Notes: a model not told the origin generated them from the sequence alone. DNA of 64,000 nucleotides from Actinomycetales bacterium (GCA_038206105.1 JBBRBF010000001.1:268-64267), one strand, 5' to 3'; counted from the first letter of the stretch, positions 35,212-45,412 are shown. Program-made: numbers and translations.

Positions 35212-36570
35212 TCAGTGGGCCCGCAGCATGTCAGCCGCGAGAAAGGCCAGCTCGAGGGACTGCTGGTGGTTCAGCCGTGGGTCGCACAGGGACTCGTACC
35301 GGGTGGACAGGTCGGCGTCCGAGATCTGCTCGAACCCGCCGAGGATCTCGGTGACGTCCTCACCGGTGAGCTCGACGTGCAGCCCGCCGGGGACGGTGCC
35401 GAGGCGGCGGTGGACCTCGAAGAACCCCTGCACCTCGTCGATGACGTCGTCGAAACGCCGCGTCTTGTACCCGCTCGGCGAGCTGAAGGTGTTGCCGTGC
35501 ATGGGGTCGCAGACCCACAGCACCTGCGCGCCGGCCGCGGTGACCTTCTCTACCAGCCTCGGCAGCACGTCGCGGATGCGCGCCGCGCCCATCCGGGTCA
35601 CGAAGGTCAGCCGGCCCGGCTCCCGCGTCGGGTCGAGGCGGTCGACCAGGGCCAGCGCTTCGTCGGCGGTCGCCGTCGGCCCGAGCTTGACCCCGACCGG
35701 GTTGCGCACGCGGGAGAGGAAGTCGACGTGCGCGCCGTCCAGGTCGCGGGTGCGCTCGCCGATCCACACGAAGTGCGCGGACACGTCGTACGGCAGCCCT
35801 GTGCGCGAGTCGATCCGCGTGAGCGCCCGCTCGTAGTCCAGCAGCAGCGCCTCGTGGCTGGCGAAGAACTCCACCGAGCGCAACGCGTCGAAGTCGGCCC
35901 CGCACGCGGCCATGAACGACATCGCGCGGTCGATCTCTCCGGCCAGCTGCTCGTAGCGGGCGTTGGCCGACGACCCCGTGAACCCGCGGTTCCACTCGTG
36001 CACCTGGCGCAGGTCGGCGAAGCCGCCCTGCGTGAAGGCCCGGATCAGGTTCAGTGTCGACGCGGCCGTGTGGTACGCCCGCAGCAGCCGGCGCGGGTCG
36101 GGTGCGCGCGACTCCGGCGTGAACGCGAAGTCGTTCACCGCGTCACCGCGGTAGGCGGGCAGCGTGACGCCGTCCCGGGTCTCGTCGTCCGACGAGCGTG
36201 GCTTCGCGAACTGGCCGGCCATCCGGCCCATCTTGATCACGGGCAGGCTCGCCCCGTACGTGAGCACGACCGCCATCTGCAGCACCGTCTTGACCCGGTT
36301 GCGGATGAGGTCGGCGGTCGCGCCGGCGAACGTCTCCGCGCAGTCCCCGCCCTGCAGCAGGAACGCCCGGCCCGCGGCGGCGTCGGCGAGCCGCGCCCGC
36401 AGCCGGTCGGCCTCCCCCGCGAACACCAGCGGAGGCAGGGTCGCCAGCTCGTCGCGGACCTCGGCGAGCACGGCGGCGTCCGACCACGACGGCTGCTGGC
36501 CGGCGGGCAGGTCGCACCAGCCGTCCCGCCCCGTCGTGGGGTCCGGCGCCGTGGTCGCAGGAGTGCTCAC
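35212..36570 (-). CDS. aroG: Class II 3-deoxy-7-phosphoheptulonate (DAHP) synthase
   Basis: 452 aa. LLQGGDCAETF, ...RMAGQFAKPRS..., and the length and overall sequence are typical of actinobacterial/plant-type DAHP synthase. Confidence 0.85.
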   Translation of the reverse strand: MSTPATTAPDPTTGRDGWCDLPAGQQPSWSDAAVLAEVRDELATLPPLVFAGEADRLRARLADAAAGRAFLLQGGDCAETFAGATADLIRNRVKTVLQMAVVLTYGASLPVIKMGRMAGQFAKPRSSDDETRDGVTLPAYRGDAVNDFAFTPESRAPDPRRLLRAYHTAASTLNLIRAFTQGGFADLRQVHEWNRGFTGSSANARYEQLAGEIDRAMSFMAACGADFDALRSVEFFASHEALLLDYERALTRIDSRTGLPYDVSAHFVWIGERTRDLDGAHVDFLSRVRNPVGVKLGPTATADEALALVDRLDPTREPGRLTFVTRMGAARIRDVLPRLVEKVTAAGAQVLWVCDPMHGNTFSSPSGYKTRRFDDVIDEVQGFFEVHRRLGTVPGGLHVELTGEDVTEILGGFEQISDADLSTRYESLCDPRLNHQQSLELAFLAADMLRAH

Positions 36571-36731
36571 GCGCCCCAGGGTAGGACCGCGCGTCCCCAG
36601 GGCTGCGGGCCCGTCCGCGAAACGGACCCGGCGCGGGTCCGACCCGCCCGCGGCAGTCCTACGATGACCGCTGCCTGCGCGCGCCCTGCGCGCTGCCGCA
36701 CCCGCACCCCCACCCCAGGAGGACCCCGGAG

Positions 36732-37934
36732 ATGACCGTCCGCCGCGTCGCCCTGCTCACCGCCGGCGGCTACGCCCCCTGCCTGTCGTCCGCGGTGGGG
36801 GCGCTGATCGAGCGCTACACCCGGCAGGCACCGGAGGTGGAGGTCATCGCCTACCGCCACGGCTACCACGGCCTGCTGCGCGGCGACTCCTTCGTGGTGG
36901 ACGACGACGCCCGAGCGCACGCCCACCGGCTGCACGCCTTCGGCGGGTCCCCGATCGGCAACAGCCGGGTCAAGCTGACGAACACGGCCGACGTCGTCGC
37001 CAAGGGCCTGGTCGACGAGGGCCAGGACGCCCTGCAGGTCGCCGCGGAGCAGCTCGACCGCGACGGCGTCGACGTGCTCCACACGATCGGCGGCGACGAC
37101 ACGAACACGACGGCGGCCGACCTCGCCCGGTACCTGGCGGACAACGGGCATGACCTCACCGTCGTCGGGCTGCCCAAGACGATCGACAACGACATCGTGC
37201 CGATCCGGCAGAGCCTCGGAGCGCAGACGGCCGCGGAGCAGGCGGCCCTGTTCGCGCGCAACGTCCTCGCCGAGCACGGCTCCAACCCGCGGATGCTCAT
37301 CGTGCACGAGGTGATGGGGCGCAACTGCGGCTGGCTGACGGCGGCCGCTGCGCGCGAGTACATGGCCTGGCACGCGGTGCAGGCATGGGTCCCGAGCATC
37401 GGGCTGTCCCCCGAACGGTGGGCCGTGCACGCCGTCTACGTGCCGGAGGTGGAGATCGACATCGCCGCCGAGACCGACCGGCTGCGAGCGGTGATGGACG
37501 AGATCGGATGCGTCAACATCTTCCTGTCCGAGGGTGCGGGCGTGGCGGAGATCGTCGCCGAGCTCGAGGCCTCGGGCACCGAGGTGGCGCGCGACCCCTT
37601 CGGGCACGTCAAGCTCGACACCGTCAACCCCGGGGCGTGGTTCGCCGGCACCTTCGGCAACGGGCTGGGCGCGCTGAAGACGATGGTGCAGAAGTCCGGC
37701 TACTTCTCCCGCTCCGCCGCGGCCGGGCCACAGGACCTCGAGCTGATCGCCTCGATGGCCGACCTCGCCGTCGAGTGCGCGCTCGCCGGGCGGCCCGGGG
37801 TGATCGGGCACGACATCGAGCGGGGCGACGAGCTGCGCGCGATCGAGCTGGACCGGATCGCCGGGCACAAGCCGTTCGACACGACCGAGGAGTGGTTCGA
37901 GCGCCTGCTGCAGGCGACCGGGCAGGACGGCTGA
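36732..37934 (+). CDS. pfp: Phosphofructokinase family protein (PPi-dependent type likely)
   Basis: The ATG follows AGGAGGA. Contains RVALLTAGGYAPCLS, IGGDDTNTTA and PKTIDNDI motifs. Confidence 0.75.
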   Translation: MTVRRVALLTAGGYAPCLSSAVGALIERYTRQAPEVEVIAYRHGYHGLLRGDSFVVDDDARAHAHRLHAFGGSPIGNSRVKLTNTADVVAKGLVDEGQDALQVAAEQLDRDGVDVLHTIGGDDTNTTAADLARYLADNGHDLTVVGLPKTIDNDIVPIRQSLGAQTAAEQAALFARNVLAEHGSNPRMLIVHEVMGRNCGWLTAAAAREYMAWHAVQAWVPSIGLSPERWAVHAVYVPEVEIDIAAETDRLRAVMDEIGCVNIFLSEGAGVAEIVAELEASGTEVARDPFGHVKLDTVNPGAWFAGTFGNGLGALKTMVQKSGYFSRSAAAGPQDLELIASMADLAVECALAGRPGVIGHDIERGDELRAIELDRIAGHKPFDTTEEWFERLLQATGQDG

Positions 37935-37961
37935 GACGCCGCCAACGGTCAGCCGGCGTGT

Positions 37962-38011
37962 CGACGCGGTCAGGGCGCGACGTCAGGGGGCGACGCGGTC
38001 AGGGCGCGACG
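37962..38011. repeat. 21-bp direct repeat CGACGCGGTCAGGGCGCGACG (37962-37982 and 37991-38011)
   Basis: Read directly. The second copy contains the thyX stop codon and last codons. The first copy is an intergenic duplicate 29 bp away. Confidence 0.85.
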
Positions 38012-38718
38012 CGCCCGTTGGCCTCGAACGCGCTGTGCGTCAACGGCATCAGCGCGGCCCAGGCGTCCTCCATCTGCTCGGCGGCCATCTCGATCTCCCG
38101 CTGCGGGAACGAGGGGAAGCGCGCGTCGTCCCGGCGCGTGCGCAGCGACAGGAAGTTCATCAGCGACCGGGCGTTGAGCGTGACGTACATGGACGAGTAG
38201 ATCGACAGCGGCAGCACGATCCGGGCGACCTCACGGGCGACGCCGGCGTCCAGCATCCGCAGGTACGCGGCGTAGGCGTCCTCGCAGACCCGGCGGGTCT
38301 GCGTCTGCACCAGGGCGTGCTGCTCGTCGCTGCCGTCGACGAAGCGGTACTGCCCGGGCTTGCCCTCCTGCACCAGCTTGCGGTCCCTCCCGGGCACGTA
38401 GAAGACGGGGCGCAGCTGCCGGTAGCGGCCGCTCTCCTCGTTGTACGAGGCGATCCGGTGCCGCTGGAACTCCCGGAAGACGAACAGCGGAGCCTGCACG
38501 TAGAACGTCATCGAGTTGTGCTCGAAGGGGCTGCCGTGCCGGTCCCGCATCAGATAGTTCACCAGGCCCGTCGACCGCGACGCGTCGCCGCCGACGTCCT
38601 CGAGGCTTGCCTCGCCCTTCGTCGACACCCGCGCGGCGAACAGCACGTCGGCGTCGGACGCGGCCGCCCGCACGAGCTCCACGACGACGTCCGACCGGAA
38701 CTCCACCTGGTCCGTCAC
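37999..38718 (-). CDS. thyX: FAD-dependent thymidylate synthase
   Basis: Contains the ThyX signature RHRIASYNEESGRY. 239 aa from GTG 38718. Confidence 0.9.
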   Translation of the reverse strand: MTDQVEFRSDVVVELVRAAASDADVLFAARVSTKGEASLEDVGGDASRSTGLVNYLMRDRHGSPFEHNSMTFYVQAPLFVFREFQRHRIASYNEESGRYRQLRPVFYVPGRDRKLVQEGKPGQYRFVDGSDEQHALVQTQTRRVCEDAYAAYLRMLDAGVAREVARIVLPLSIYSSMYVTLNARSLMNFLSLRTRRDDARFPSFPQREIEMAAEQMEDAWAALMPLTHSAFEANGRVAP

Positions 38719-38729
38719 GGGAGGTGACC

Positions 38730-39380
38730 CTAAGCCAGCCGCACCTCGACACCGGCACCGGTCGCCGCGAGGACGACGTCCGCCAGCGTCGCGACCACGA
38801 CGTCGGCCTCGAGCTCGTCGGGGCCGTGGGTCGTCGTCACCGCGAGCGTCGCGCAGCCCGCGGCGCGGGCACCGGCGAGCCCCGCCGGCGCGTCCTCCAC
38901 GACCAGGCACCGCGTGGGGTCCACCCCGAGCCGTTCGGCCGCGAGCAGGAACGGGTCGGGGGCGGGCTTGCCGCGCGTCACGTCGTCGACGGTGACGACG
39001 ACGCGGGGCGCCGCGAGCCCGGCGGCGCCGATCCGGGCGGCCGCCAGCGGCCGGGTGCACGACGTCGCCACCGCCGCGCGACCGTCGGGCAGCGCGACGA
39101 GGGCCGCGACCGCGCCCGGCAGCGGGGCGACGCCGCCGGTGTCCGCCAGCTCGATCGCCTCGATCCGCGCGACGGCGGCGGTGACGCGTCCGGCCGGAAG
39201 CACCGACGCGGCGATCTCCGCCGCGGGCCGCCCGTGCGAGCCGTTCAGGGCGCGGGGGTCCACGCCCTCCTCCTGCGCCCAGCGTGCCCACGACCGCACC
39301 ACCGCGGCGGTGGAGTCGACCAGCGTCCCGTCGAGGTCGAAGAGCACCGCCGCCAGGGCACGACCGCCGAAGGAGTCCAC
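38730..39380 (-). CDS. HAD-IA family hydrolase
   Basis: [11 protein letters not shown] motif I, a downstream S/T motif, and C-terminal [16 protein letters not shown] (motif IV). Confidence 0.7.
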   Translation of the reverse strand: MDSFGGRALAAVLFDLDGTLVDSTAAVVRSWARWAQEEGVDPRALNGSHGRPAAEIAASVLPAGRVTAAVARIEAIELADTGGVAPLPGAVAALVALPDGRAAVATSCTRPLAAARIGAAGLAAPRVVVTVDDVTRGKPAPDPFLLAAERLGVDPTRCLVVEDAPAGLAGARAAGCATLAVTTTHGPDELEADVVVATLADVVLAATGAGVEVRLA

Positions 39381-39497
39381 GGCGCGCGACCCTACGTGCC
39401 GCCGTCCAGCAGCCAGCGATCAGGGAACGGACTCCTTGATCACCGCAGGGTGGGAGCAGCGAGGGGGCGGGGCGGCGTGCTCTGGGACGATGCGGGG

Positions 39498-40109
39498 GTG
39501 GAGACCGCAGACGTGCTGAGCCCGGGGGCGGCCGACGCCTCGGTGCGCCCGGCGCGGGCGGGCGACGTGGCCGCTGTGGGCGCCGTGCACTCCCGCTCGT
39601 GGCGCGCCGCGTACGCCGCCACGCTGCCCGCCGAGGTGCTCACCGCGCTGGACCCGGAGGCCCTCGCCGCCGCGTGGCGACCGGCCGTCGCCGACCCACC
39701 GACCGCGGAGCACCGCGTGCTCGTCGCCTGCTCCGGGCCCACCGTGGTCGGGTTCGTCGCGACCGCGCCGCTGCCGGGGCCCGGCACGGAGCGGGAGGCA
39801 GGGGGCGGCCCCGGTGGCCGCGCCGGCGCTGCCGTGGACGTCGTCGCCCTGCACGTGGACCCGGCCCACCAGCGCCGGGGACACGGCTCGCGGTTGCTGG
39901 CGGCCGCGGTCGACCTGGCCCGCGGGGACGGCGCGACCACGGTCAGCGCGTGGTGCCCGTCGACGGACGCCGCCCGCAGGGCGTTCCTGGTCTCGGCGGG
40001 GATGGGCCCGGACGGCGCCTGGCGGGACCTCGCCCTGCCCGGCGACGGCAGCGAGGCTGTGCGCGAGGTCCGTCTCGTCGCGTCCCTGGCCGAGGAGTCC
40101 CCGGCGTGA
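39498..40109 (+). CDS. GNAT family N-acetyltransferase
   Basis: VALHVDPAHQRRGHGSRLL (Q/RxxGxG acetyl-CoA site). Start is GTG 39498. Confidence 0.7.
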   Translation: METADVLSPGAADASVRPARAGDVAAVGAVHSRSWRAAYAATLPAEVLTALDPEALAAAWRPAVADPPTAEHRVLVACSGPTVVGFVATAPLPGPGTEREAGGGPGGRAGAAVDVVALHVDPAHQRRGHGSRLLAAAVDLARGDGATTVSAWCPSTDAARRAFLVSAGMGPDGAWRDLALPGDGSEAVREVRLVASLAEESPA

Positions 40110-40207
40110 ACCGCGTGACCGACAGGGACGGCGTGACCCCCGTGGACCCCGTGGACCCCGTGGACCTCGTGGACCTCGTGGACCTCGTGGACGGAGGGCG
40201 CCGGTGA
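40106..40207 (+). CDS. Candidate 33-codon sORF encoded largely by a 9-bp tandem repeat (MNRVTDRDGVTPVDPVDPVDLVDLVDLVDGGRR)
   Basis: Its GTG overlaps the GNAT stop (GTGA), and its TGA overlaps the downstream GTG (GTGA). 33 of 34 codons end in G/C in this frame, whereas the alternative frame has low GC3. There is no independent support. Confidence 0.25.
   Translation: MNRVTDRDGVTPVDPVDPVDLVDLVDLVDGGRR
40133..40195. repeat. Tandem repeat, 7 copies of a 9-bp unit GTGGACCYC
   Basis: Read directly: GTGACCCCC, GTGGACCCC x2, GTGGACCTC x3, GTGGACGGA. Confidence 0.9.
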
Positions 40208-41430
40208 CGAGCACGCTGCCCCGCACCAGCCGGGGACGCCGCCTGCTGGGCGTCGACGCGGCCCGCGGCGTCGCGCTGATCGGCATGATGAGCGTGCACC
40301 TCGTCCCCGCGACGACCGGTGCCGGCGTCGGCGCGGCGAGCGTGAGCTCCGCCTTCCTCGTCGCGAGCGGCCGCGCGTCGGCGCTGTTCGCGGTGCTGGC
40401 CGGGGTGAGCCTGGCGCTGGCCACCGGTGCCGCCCACCCGCCGACCGGCACCGCCCTGGCGGCGGCGCGCCGGTCGGTCGCGGCCCGGGCCGGTGTCGTG
40501 GCCGCCGTGGGGATGACCCTGGGGCTGTTCCCCACCGGCCTGGCGATCATCCTCGTCCACTACGGGCTGCTGTTCTGCGTCGCCCTGCCGTTCCTGGGGT
40601 GCAGGACCCGCACGCTCGTCGCCTGGGCGACGGGGTGGCTGCTCCTGTCGCCGCTGCTGGCGCACGTGCTGCGCGCCGCGGTGGACGTCGACCGCGGCCC
40701 GCAGCCGTCGTGGGCGTGGCTGCTGCTCGACCCGGTCTCCTCCGTGGTCCAGGTCGGGCTCACGGGCTACTACCCGGTGCTGCAGTGGACGGGGTACCTG
40801 CTCGTCGGGTTGGCCGTCGGCCGCTCGGGGCTGCGGGCGGGAGGCGCGGGCCGGCGCTCCGCCGTGGCGCTGCTGGCCGGCGGCACCGCACTGGCACTCG
40901 CCGCGAAGGGTGCGTCGTGGCTGCTGCTGGGGCCGTTGGGCGGCCGCGAGGCGCTGCAGACCGCCGTCCCGCCCGGGTCGACGGTGGCAAGCACGGGGCT
41001 CGACGTCTCGCTGCTCACCGGCATGTTCGGTACGACACCCACGACGTCGTGGTGGTGGCTCGCGGTCTCCGCACCGCACTCCGGCACGAGCCTCGACCTG
41101 CTCCACACCACCGGGACCGCGCTGGCCGTGCTCGGAGCCGCCCTGCTCACCGCCGGGGTCGCCGAGCGCGCCGGGATCGTGGTGTCGGGGCTCATACGCG
41201 TGCTCGGAGCACTCGGGTCGGTGCCGTTCACGGTCTACACCGCGCACGCGCTGGCCCGGATGCTGCCGGACGCCCTCGGCCTGGACGTCGACCCGTACCA
41301 GGTGCTCGCCGTCCACGTGCTCGTCGCCGCCGTCGCCGCCACGCTCGTGCGGGCCTCGGGTCGGCGCGGCCCGCTGGAGGCGCTGGCCGCCGCAGCCTCG
41401 CGCGCCGCGCCGGCACCGCGCGAGCGGTGA
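40204..41430 (+). CDS. DUF1624 / heparan-alpha-glucosaminide N-acetyltransferase-like membrane protein
   Basis: The GTG at 40204 lies 5 nt after GGAGGG. N-terminal RLLGVDAARGVALIGMMSVHL and a polytopic membrane profile. Confidence 0.55.
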   Translation: MTSTLPRTSRGRRLLGVDAARGVALIGMMSVHLVPATTGAGVGAASVSSAFLVASGRASALFAVLAGVSLALATGAAHPPTGTALAAARRSVAARAGVVAAVGMTLGLFPTGLAIILVHYGLLFCVALPFLGCRTRTLVAWATGWLLLSPLLAHVLRAAVDVDRGPQPSWAWLLLDPVSSVVQVGLTGYYPVLQWTGYLLVGLAVGRSGLRAGGAGRRSAVALLAGGTALALAAKGASWLLLGPLGGREALQTAVPPGSTVASTGLDVSLLTGMFGTTPTTSWWWLAVSAPHSGTSLDLLHTTGTALAVLGAALLTAGVAERAGIVVSGLIRVLGALGSVPFTVYTAHALARMLPDALGLDVDPYQVLAVHVLVAAVAATLVRASGRRGPLEALAAAASRAAPAPRER

Positions 41431-41464
41431 GCCGGCGCACGCCACCGGTGCCGCGGCCGGCGGT

Positions 41465-41902
41465 CTACCCCGCGTGCAGCCGGACCGCCCGCCGCATCGC
41501 CGCGCGCGCACGGCGGCGGTCCCCCGCGACGTCGTAGGCGCAGGCGAGGCGGAACCACGAGCGCCAGTCCTGCGGCGCCGCGTGGGTCTCCTCGCGGTAC
41601 CGCTCGAAGGCGGTGTCGGCCGCGGGCCGCCGCACCCGGCCCGAGGGGGTGCGGGGCAGGTCGTCCACCGGCAGCCCGCCCTCCGCGCCGAGCTCGGTGG
41701 CCAGGGCCTCGGTGCGGAACCCGAACGCGACCTCGCGCCACACCGCCCAGGCGCACAGCACCGGCACGAGCAGCACACCCGCGCCGAGGACGGCACCGGC
41801 CACCTCCCCGGACGTGAGCAACGCCCACCCGCGCCGGCCCAGGGTGACGAGGTAGAAGCCGGTGGCCAGCACGAGGACGGCGACGAGAACCTTGGTCCGC
41901 AC
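41465..41902 (-). CDS. Small membrane protein of unknown function
   Basis: The GTG at 41902 lies 2 nt after the dapB stop. It has two TM helices followed by a soluble Arg/Ala-rich tail. Its position after dapB mirrors a conserved membrane-protein gene in mycobacteria. Confidence 0.45.
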   Translation of the reverse strand: MRTKVLVAVLVLATGFYLVTLGRRGWALLTSGEVAGAVLGAGVLLVPVLCAWAVWREVAFGFRTEALATELGAEGGLPVDDLPRTPSGRVRRPAADTAFERYREETHAAPQDWRSWFRLACAYDVAGDRRRARAAMRRAVRLHAG

Positions 41903-41904
41903 GC

Positions 41905-42657
41905 TCAGCCCAGGTCGAGGTAGTGCTCGAGGCCGACGGTCAGCCCGCGGTGGTCGGCGACGCGCCGGACCCCGAGCAGGACCCCCGGCATGAAGGACTC
42001 GCGATCCAGGGAGTCGTGCCGGATCGTCAGCTGCTCCCCCGCGTTGCCGAGCAGCACCTCCTGGTGCGCCACGAGTCCCCGCAGCCGGACGCTGTGCACG
42101 CGGACCCCGTCGACGTCCGCGCCGCGGGCACCGTCGGCGGCGGTGCGGGTCGCGTCGGGGGACGCCGGCACACCTGCCCGCTCCCGGGCCGCTGCGATGC
42201 CGGCGGCGGTCCGGCGGGCGGTCCCCGAGGGGGCGTCGGCCTTGTCGGGGTGGTGCAGCTCGACGACCTCGACCGAGGTGAACCAGGGTGCGGCGACCTC
42301 GGCCAGACGCATCATCAGCACCGCCCCGAGCGCGAAGTTCGGCGCCACGAGGACGCCGAGGTCCGTGCCGTCGAGCCGCTCGCGGACGGCGGCCAACCGG
42401 TCGTCGTCCCAGCCGCTGGTACCGACGACCACATGCACCCCGGCGTCGAGGCACGCTGCCACGTTGCCCGGGGCCGCATCGGGCACGCTGAGCTCGACCG
42501 CCACCTGCGTCCCGGAGTCGGCGAGCGCCGCGGTCACGTCGTCGCCACGGCCGACGCGTGCAACGAGCTCGAGGCCGTCGGCTGCGGCGACGGCGTCGCA
42601 GGCCGCGCGCCCCATCCGGCCGCCCGCGCCCAGCACCGCCACCCGTGTCGTCGTCAC
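41905..42657 (-). CDS. dapB: 4-hydroxy-tetrahydrodipicolinate reductase
   Basis: RVAVLGAGGRMG at the N-terminus, and EVVELHHPDKADAPSGTA. Start is GTG 42657 (or 42666). Confidence 0.85.
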   Translation of the reverse strand: MTTTRVAVLGAGGRMGRAACDAVAAADGLELVARVGRGDDVTAALADSGTQVAVELSVPDAAPGNVAACLDAGVHVVVGTSGWDDDRLAAVRERLDGTDLGVLVAPNFALGAVLMMRLAEVAAPWFTSVEVVELHHPDKADAPSGTARRTAAGIAAARERAGVPASPDATRTAADGARGADVDGVRVHSVRLRGLVAHQEVLLGNAGEQLTIRHDSLDRESFMPGVLLGVRRVADHRGLTVGLEHYLDLG

Positions 42658-42716
42658 GTCGCGCACCCTAGCCAGGCGCGCCGAACGCCGCCGGCGGAGC
42701 CGGTCACCCTCACGGC

Positions 42717-43199
42717 TCAGACCGCCGCGGCACGCAGCGCGAGCGCCGTGGCCACGGCGGCGTGGGCAGCCTCGTACCCCTTGTCCTCGCGGGAGCCGGG
42801 CAGCCCTGCCCGGTCGCGCGCCTGCTCGTCGTCGTCGCACGTCAGCACCCCGACGCCGACGGGGACGCCGGTCGCGACCGCGACGTCGGTCAGACCGGTC
42901 GTCGCGGCCGAGCAGACGTACTCGAAGTGCGGTGTGCCGCCGCGGACGACGACGCCCAGCGCGACGACGGCGGCGACACCTGCGCTGGCGAGCCTCGCGG
43001 CCGCCACCGGCAGCTCGAACGACCCCGGCACCCTGACCTCGAGGACGTCGGTGACACCGGCGTCGGCGAGCGCCCGGCGGGAGCCGGTGAGCAGGCCGGC
43101 CATCACGTCGGCGTGCCAGGACGCCGCCACCACGGCCACGCGCAACCCCGCCCCGTCCAGGACGGTCGCGTCGGCGTCCGGTGCCCCGTGCCCGCTCAC
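42717..43199 (-). CDS. ribH: 6,7-dimethyl-8-ribityllumazine synthase
   Basis: [10 protein letters not shown] and [10 protein letters not shown] motifs. 160 aa. Confidence 0.9.
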   Translation of the reverse strand: MSGHGAPDADATVLDGAGLRVAVVAASWHADVMAGLLTGSRRALADAGVTDVLEVRVPGSFELPVAAARLASAGVAAVVALGVVVRGGTPHFEYVCSAATTGLTDVAVATGVPVGVGVLTCDDDEQARDRAGLPGSREDKGYEAAHAAVATALALRAAAV

Positions 43200-44542
43200 G
43201 CGCTGCCCCGCTCGCCCTGGACCGCGGCGTCCGCCGCGACGCCCAGTCCCTCGGGTGCGCCGAGACTGAGGTGGTGACCCATCCGGTCGCGCTTGGTCCG
43301 CAGGTACCGGTGGTTGTCCGGGCCGGCGCCGACCTCGATCGGCACCCGGGTGACGACGTCGACGCCCTCGGCGACGAGGGCCGTCACCTTCTCGGGGTTG
43401 TTCGTCAGCAGCCGCACCCGGTCGACGCCGAGGTCGGCCAGGATCTGGCCCGCGGCGGCGTAGTCACGGGCGTCGGCAGGCAGCCCCAGCGACAGGTTCG
43501 CCTCCACCGTGTCCTGGCCGGCGTCCTGCAGCGCGTAGGCCTGCAGCTTGGCCAGCAGGCCGATGCCCCGGCCCTCGTGCCCCCGCAGGTAGACCACGAC
43601 GCCACGACCCTCGGCCGCCACCGCCGCCAGCGCGGCGTCGAGCTGCGGACCGCAGTCGCAGCGCGCGGAGCCGAACGCGTCGCCGGTGAGGCACTCGGAG
43701 TGGACCCGCACGAGGACGCCGGGTCCGCCGGCTCCCACGGGCCCGAGGGCGAGGCGACCGTCGAGCAGCGGACCCGCCAGGAGGGCCACGTGCTCGGTGC
43801 CCGCGACGGGATCGACGTACGCGATCAGGGTCAGCTCGCCGTGCTTCGTGGGCAGGCGGGTCTGCACCGCACGGTGCGGGCGCGACGCGGGGGGCGCCGC
43901 GACGGTGGCGGTGGCCGGCTCGACCGCCTGCCGGTGGGCCGCGAGGTCGGCGACGGAGACCAGGGCCAGGCCGTGCTCGTCGGCGAAGGCCCGGCACGCG
44001 GGACCTCGCAGCATGCTGCCGTCGTCGTGGACCAGCTCGGCGATGAGCCCCGCCGGTGCCCGCCCCGCCAGCCGCGCCAGGTCGACGGCCGCCTCGGTGT
44101 GGCCGGCCCGGTCCAGCACGCCGCCGTCCCGCGCCCGCAGCGGCAGCACGTGCCCGGGTCGCACGAGGTCGGCGGCGGCCGTGGCGGGGTCGGCCAGCAG
44201 GCGCACCGTGCGGGCCCGGTCGGCTGCGCAGATGCCGGTGCTCACGCCCTCGCGGGCGTCGACGGTGACGGTGTAGGCGGTCCGCAGCCGGTCCTCGCTG
44301 CGGGTGACCATCTGCGGCAGGCCGAGCCGGTCGAGCGCGTCCCCGGTCAGCGGGGCGCAGAGCAGTCCGCTGGTCCACCGGACCATGAAGGCGGTCCACG
44401 CCGGGGTGGCCGCGTCGGCCGCCATCACGAGGTCGCCCTCGTTCTCGCGCTCGGCGTCGTCGACGACGACCACCGGCCGGCCCGCGGCGACCTCGGCGAC
44501 CGCGCGGGCGACGGGGTCCCGGCGGACGCCGGTGCAACTCAT
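43196..44542 (-). CDS. ribBA: Bifunctional 3,4-dihydroxy-2-butanone-4-phosphate synthase / GTP cyclohydrolase II
   Basis: N-terminal DHBP synthase ([15 protein letters not shown]) and C-terminal GCH II ([21 protein letters not shown]). Confidence 0.9.
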   Translation of the reverse strand: MSCTGVRRDPVARAVAEVAAGRPVVVVDDAERENEGDLVMAADAATPAWTAFMVRWTSGLLCAPLTGDALDRLGLPQMVTRSEDRLRTAYTVTVDAREGVSTGICAADRARTVRLLADPATAAADLVRPGHVLPLRARDGGVLDRAGHTEAAVDLARLAGRAPAGLIAELVHDDGSMLRGPACRAFADEHGLALVSVADLAAHRQAVEPATATVAAPPASRPHRAVQTRLPTKHGELTLIAYVDPVAGTEHVALLAGPLLDGRLALGPVGAGGPGVLVRVHSECLTGDAFGSARCDCGPQLDAALAAVAAEGRGVVVYLRGHEGRGIGLLAKLQAYALQDAGQDTVEANLSLGLPADARDYAAAGQILADLGVDRVRLLTNNPEKVTALVAEGVDVVTRVPIEVGAGPDNHRYLRTKRDRMGHHLSLGAPEGLGVAADAAVQGERGSA

Positions 44543-45249
44543 GCCACGCCCCGGTCAGCGGCAGGGTCGGCGTCCGCGCCGCGGGACCGACCGTGCTCGC
44601 GGGCCTCGAGCAGCCGCTCGACGTACTTCGCGAGCACGTCGACCTCCAGGTTGACCGCGGCCCCGACCGGCAGGGCGCCGAGCGTCGTGCCGGCGGTCGT
44701 CGTGGGGATGAGCGCGACCGAGAAGGTGGGGCCGTGCGGGCCGGTGTCGATCACGTCGACGACGGTCAGGCTCACGCCGCCGACGGTGACCGAGCCCTTC
44801 TCGACCAGGTAGCGCGCGAGCCGGTCCGGGACGGCGACGCGCACCGTCTCCCACCGCTGCCCGGGGACGCGCTCGACGACCCTGCCGACGCCGTCGACGT
44901 GTCCCTGCACGACGTGACCGCCGAGGCGGCCACCGGCCGGCACCGCCCGCTCCAGGTTGACGCGGTCGCCGGCGCGCAGCGCGCCCAGCGTGCTGCGGTG
45001 CAGGGTCTCCGGCACCACGTCCGCGGTGAAGCAGCCGTCGCCGACGTCGGCGACGGTGAGGCAGACACCCTCCACGCTGATGGAGTCGCCGTGGCGCGCG
45101 TCGCTCGTCGCGAGGGGGGCGCGCACGCTGAGCCGGACCGTCGTCTCGTCGCTGCCTCCCGGGGCCGCGGCCCCGCCCGGGGGCGCTGCCGAGCCCGGGG
45201 TCGCGAGGTCCAGGACCTCGCCGGTCTCCTCGACGATGCCGGTGAACAT
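44539..45249 (-). CDS. ribE: Riboflavin synthase alpha chain
   Basis: Starting from ATG 45249: [10 protein letters not shown], and a duplicated lumazine-binding repeat ([13 protein letters not shown] / [12 protein letters not shown]). Confidence 0.85.
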   Translation of the reverse strand: MFTGIVEETGEVLDLATPGSAAPPGGAAAPGGSDETTVRLSVRAPLATSDARHGDSISVEGVCLTVADVGDGCFTADVVPETLHRSTLGALRAGDRVNLERAVPAGGRLGGHVVQGHVDGVGRVVERVPGQRWETVRVAVPDRLARYLVEKGSVTVGGVSLTVVDVIDTGPHGPTFSVALIPTTTAGTTLGALPVGAAVNLEVDVLAKYVERLLEAREHGRSRGADADPAADRGVA

Positions 45250-45412
45250 GGTGCTCCGTCCCGCTCGGGCGGGCGCTCCGGGGTGGGCGCCACGGCGGGC
45301 GCCGGGAGGACGCGCGGACCACCGCACGAGCGAGTCGTCGACCGGGGACCGGTCGAGTCGTCGCCCGCCCGGCCGGTCCGCGGCTGCGGACAGGCCGGTG
45401 AGGTCGGCGCGG

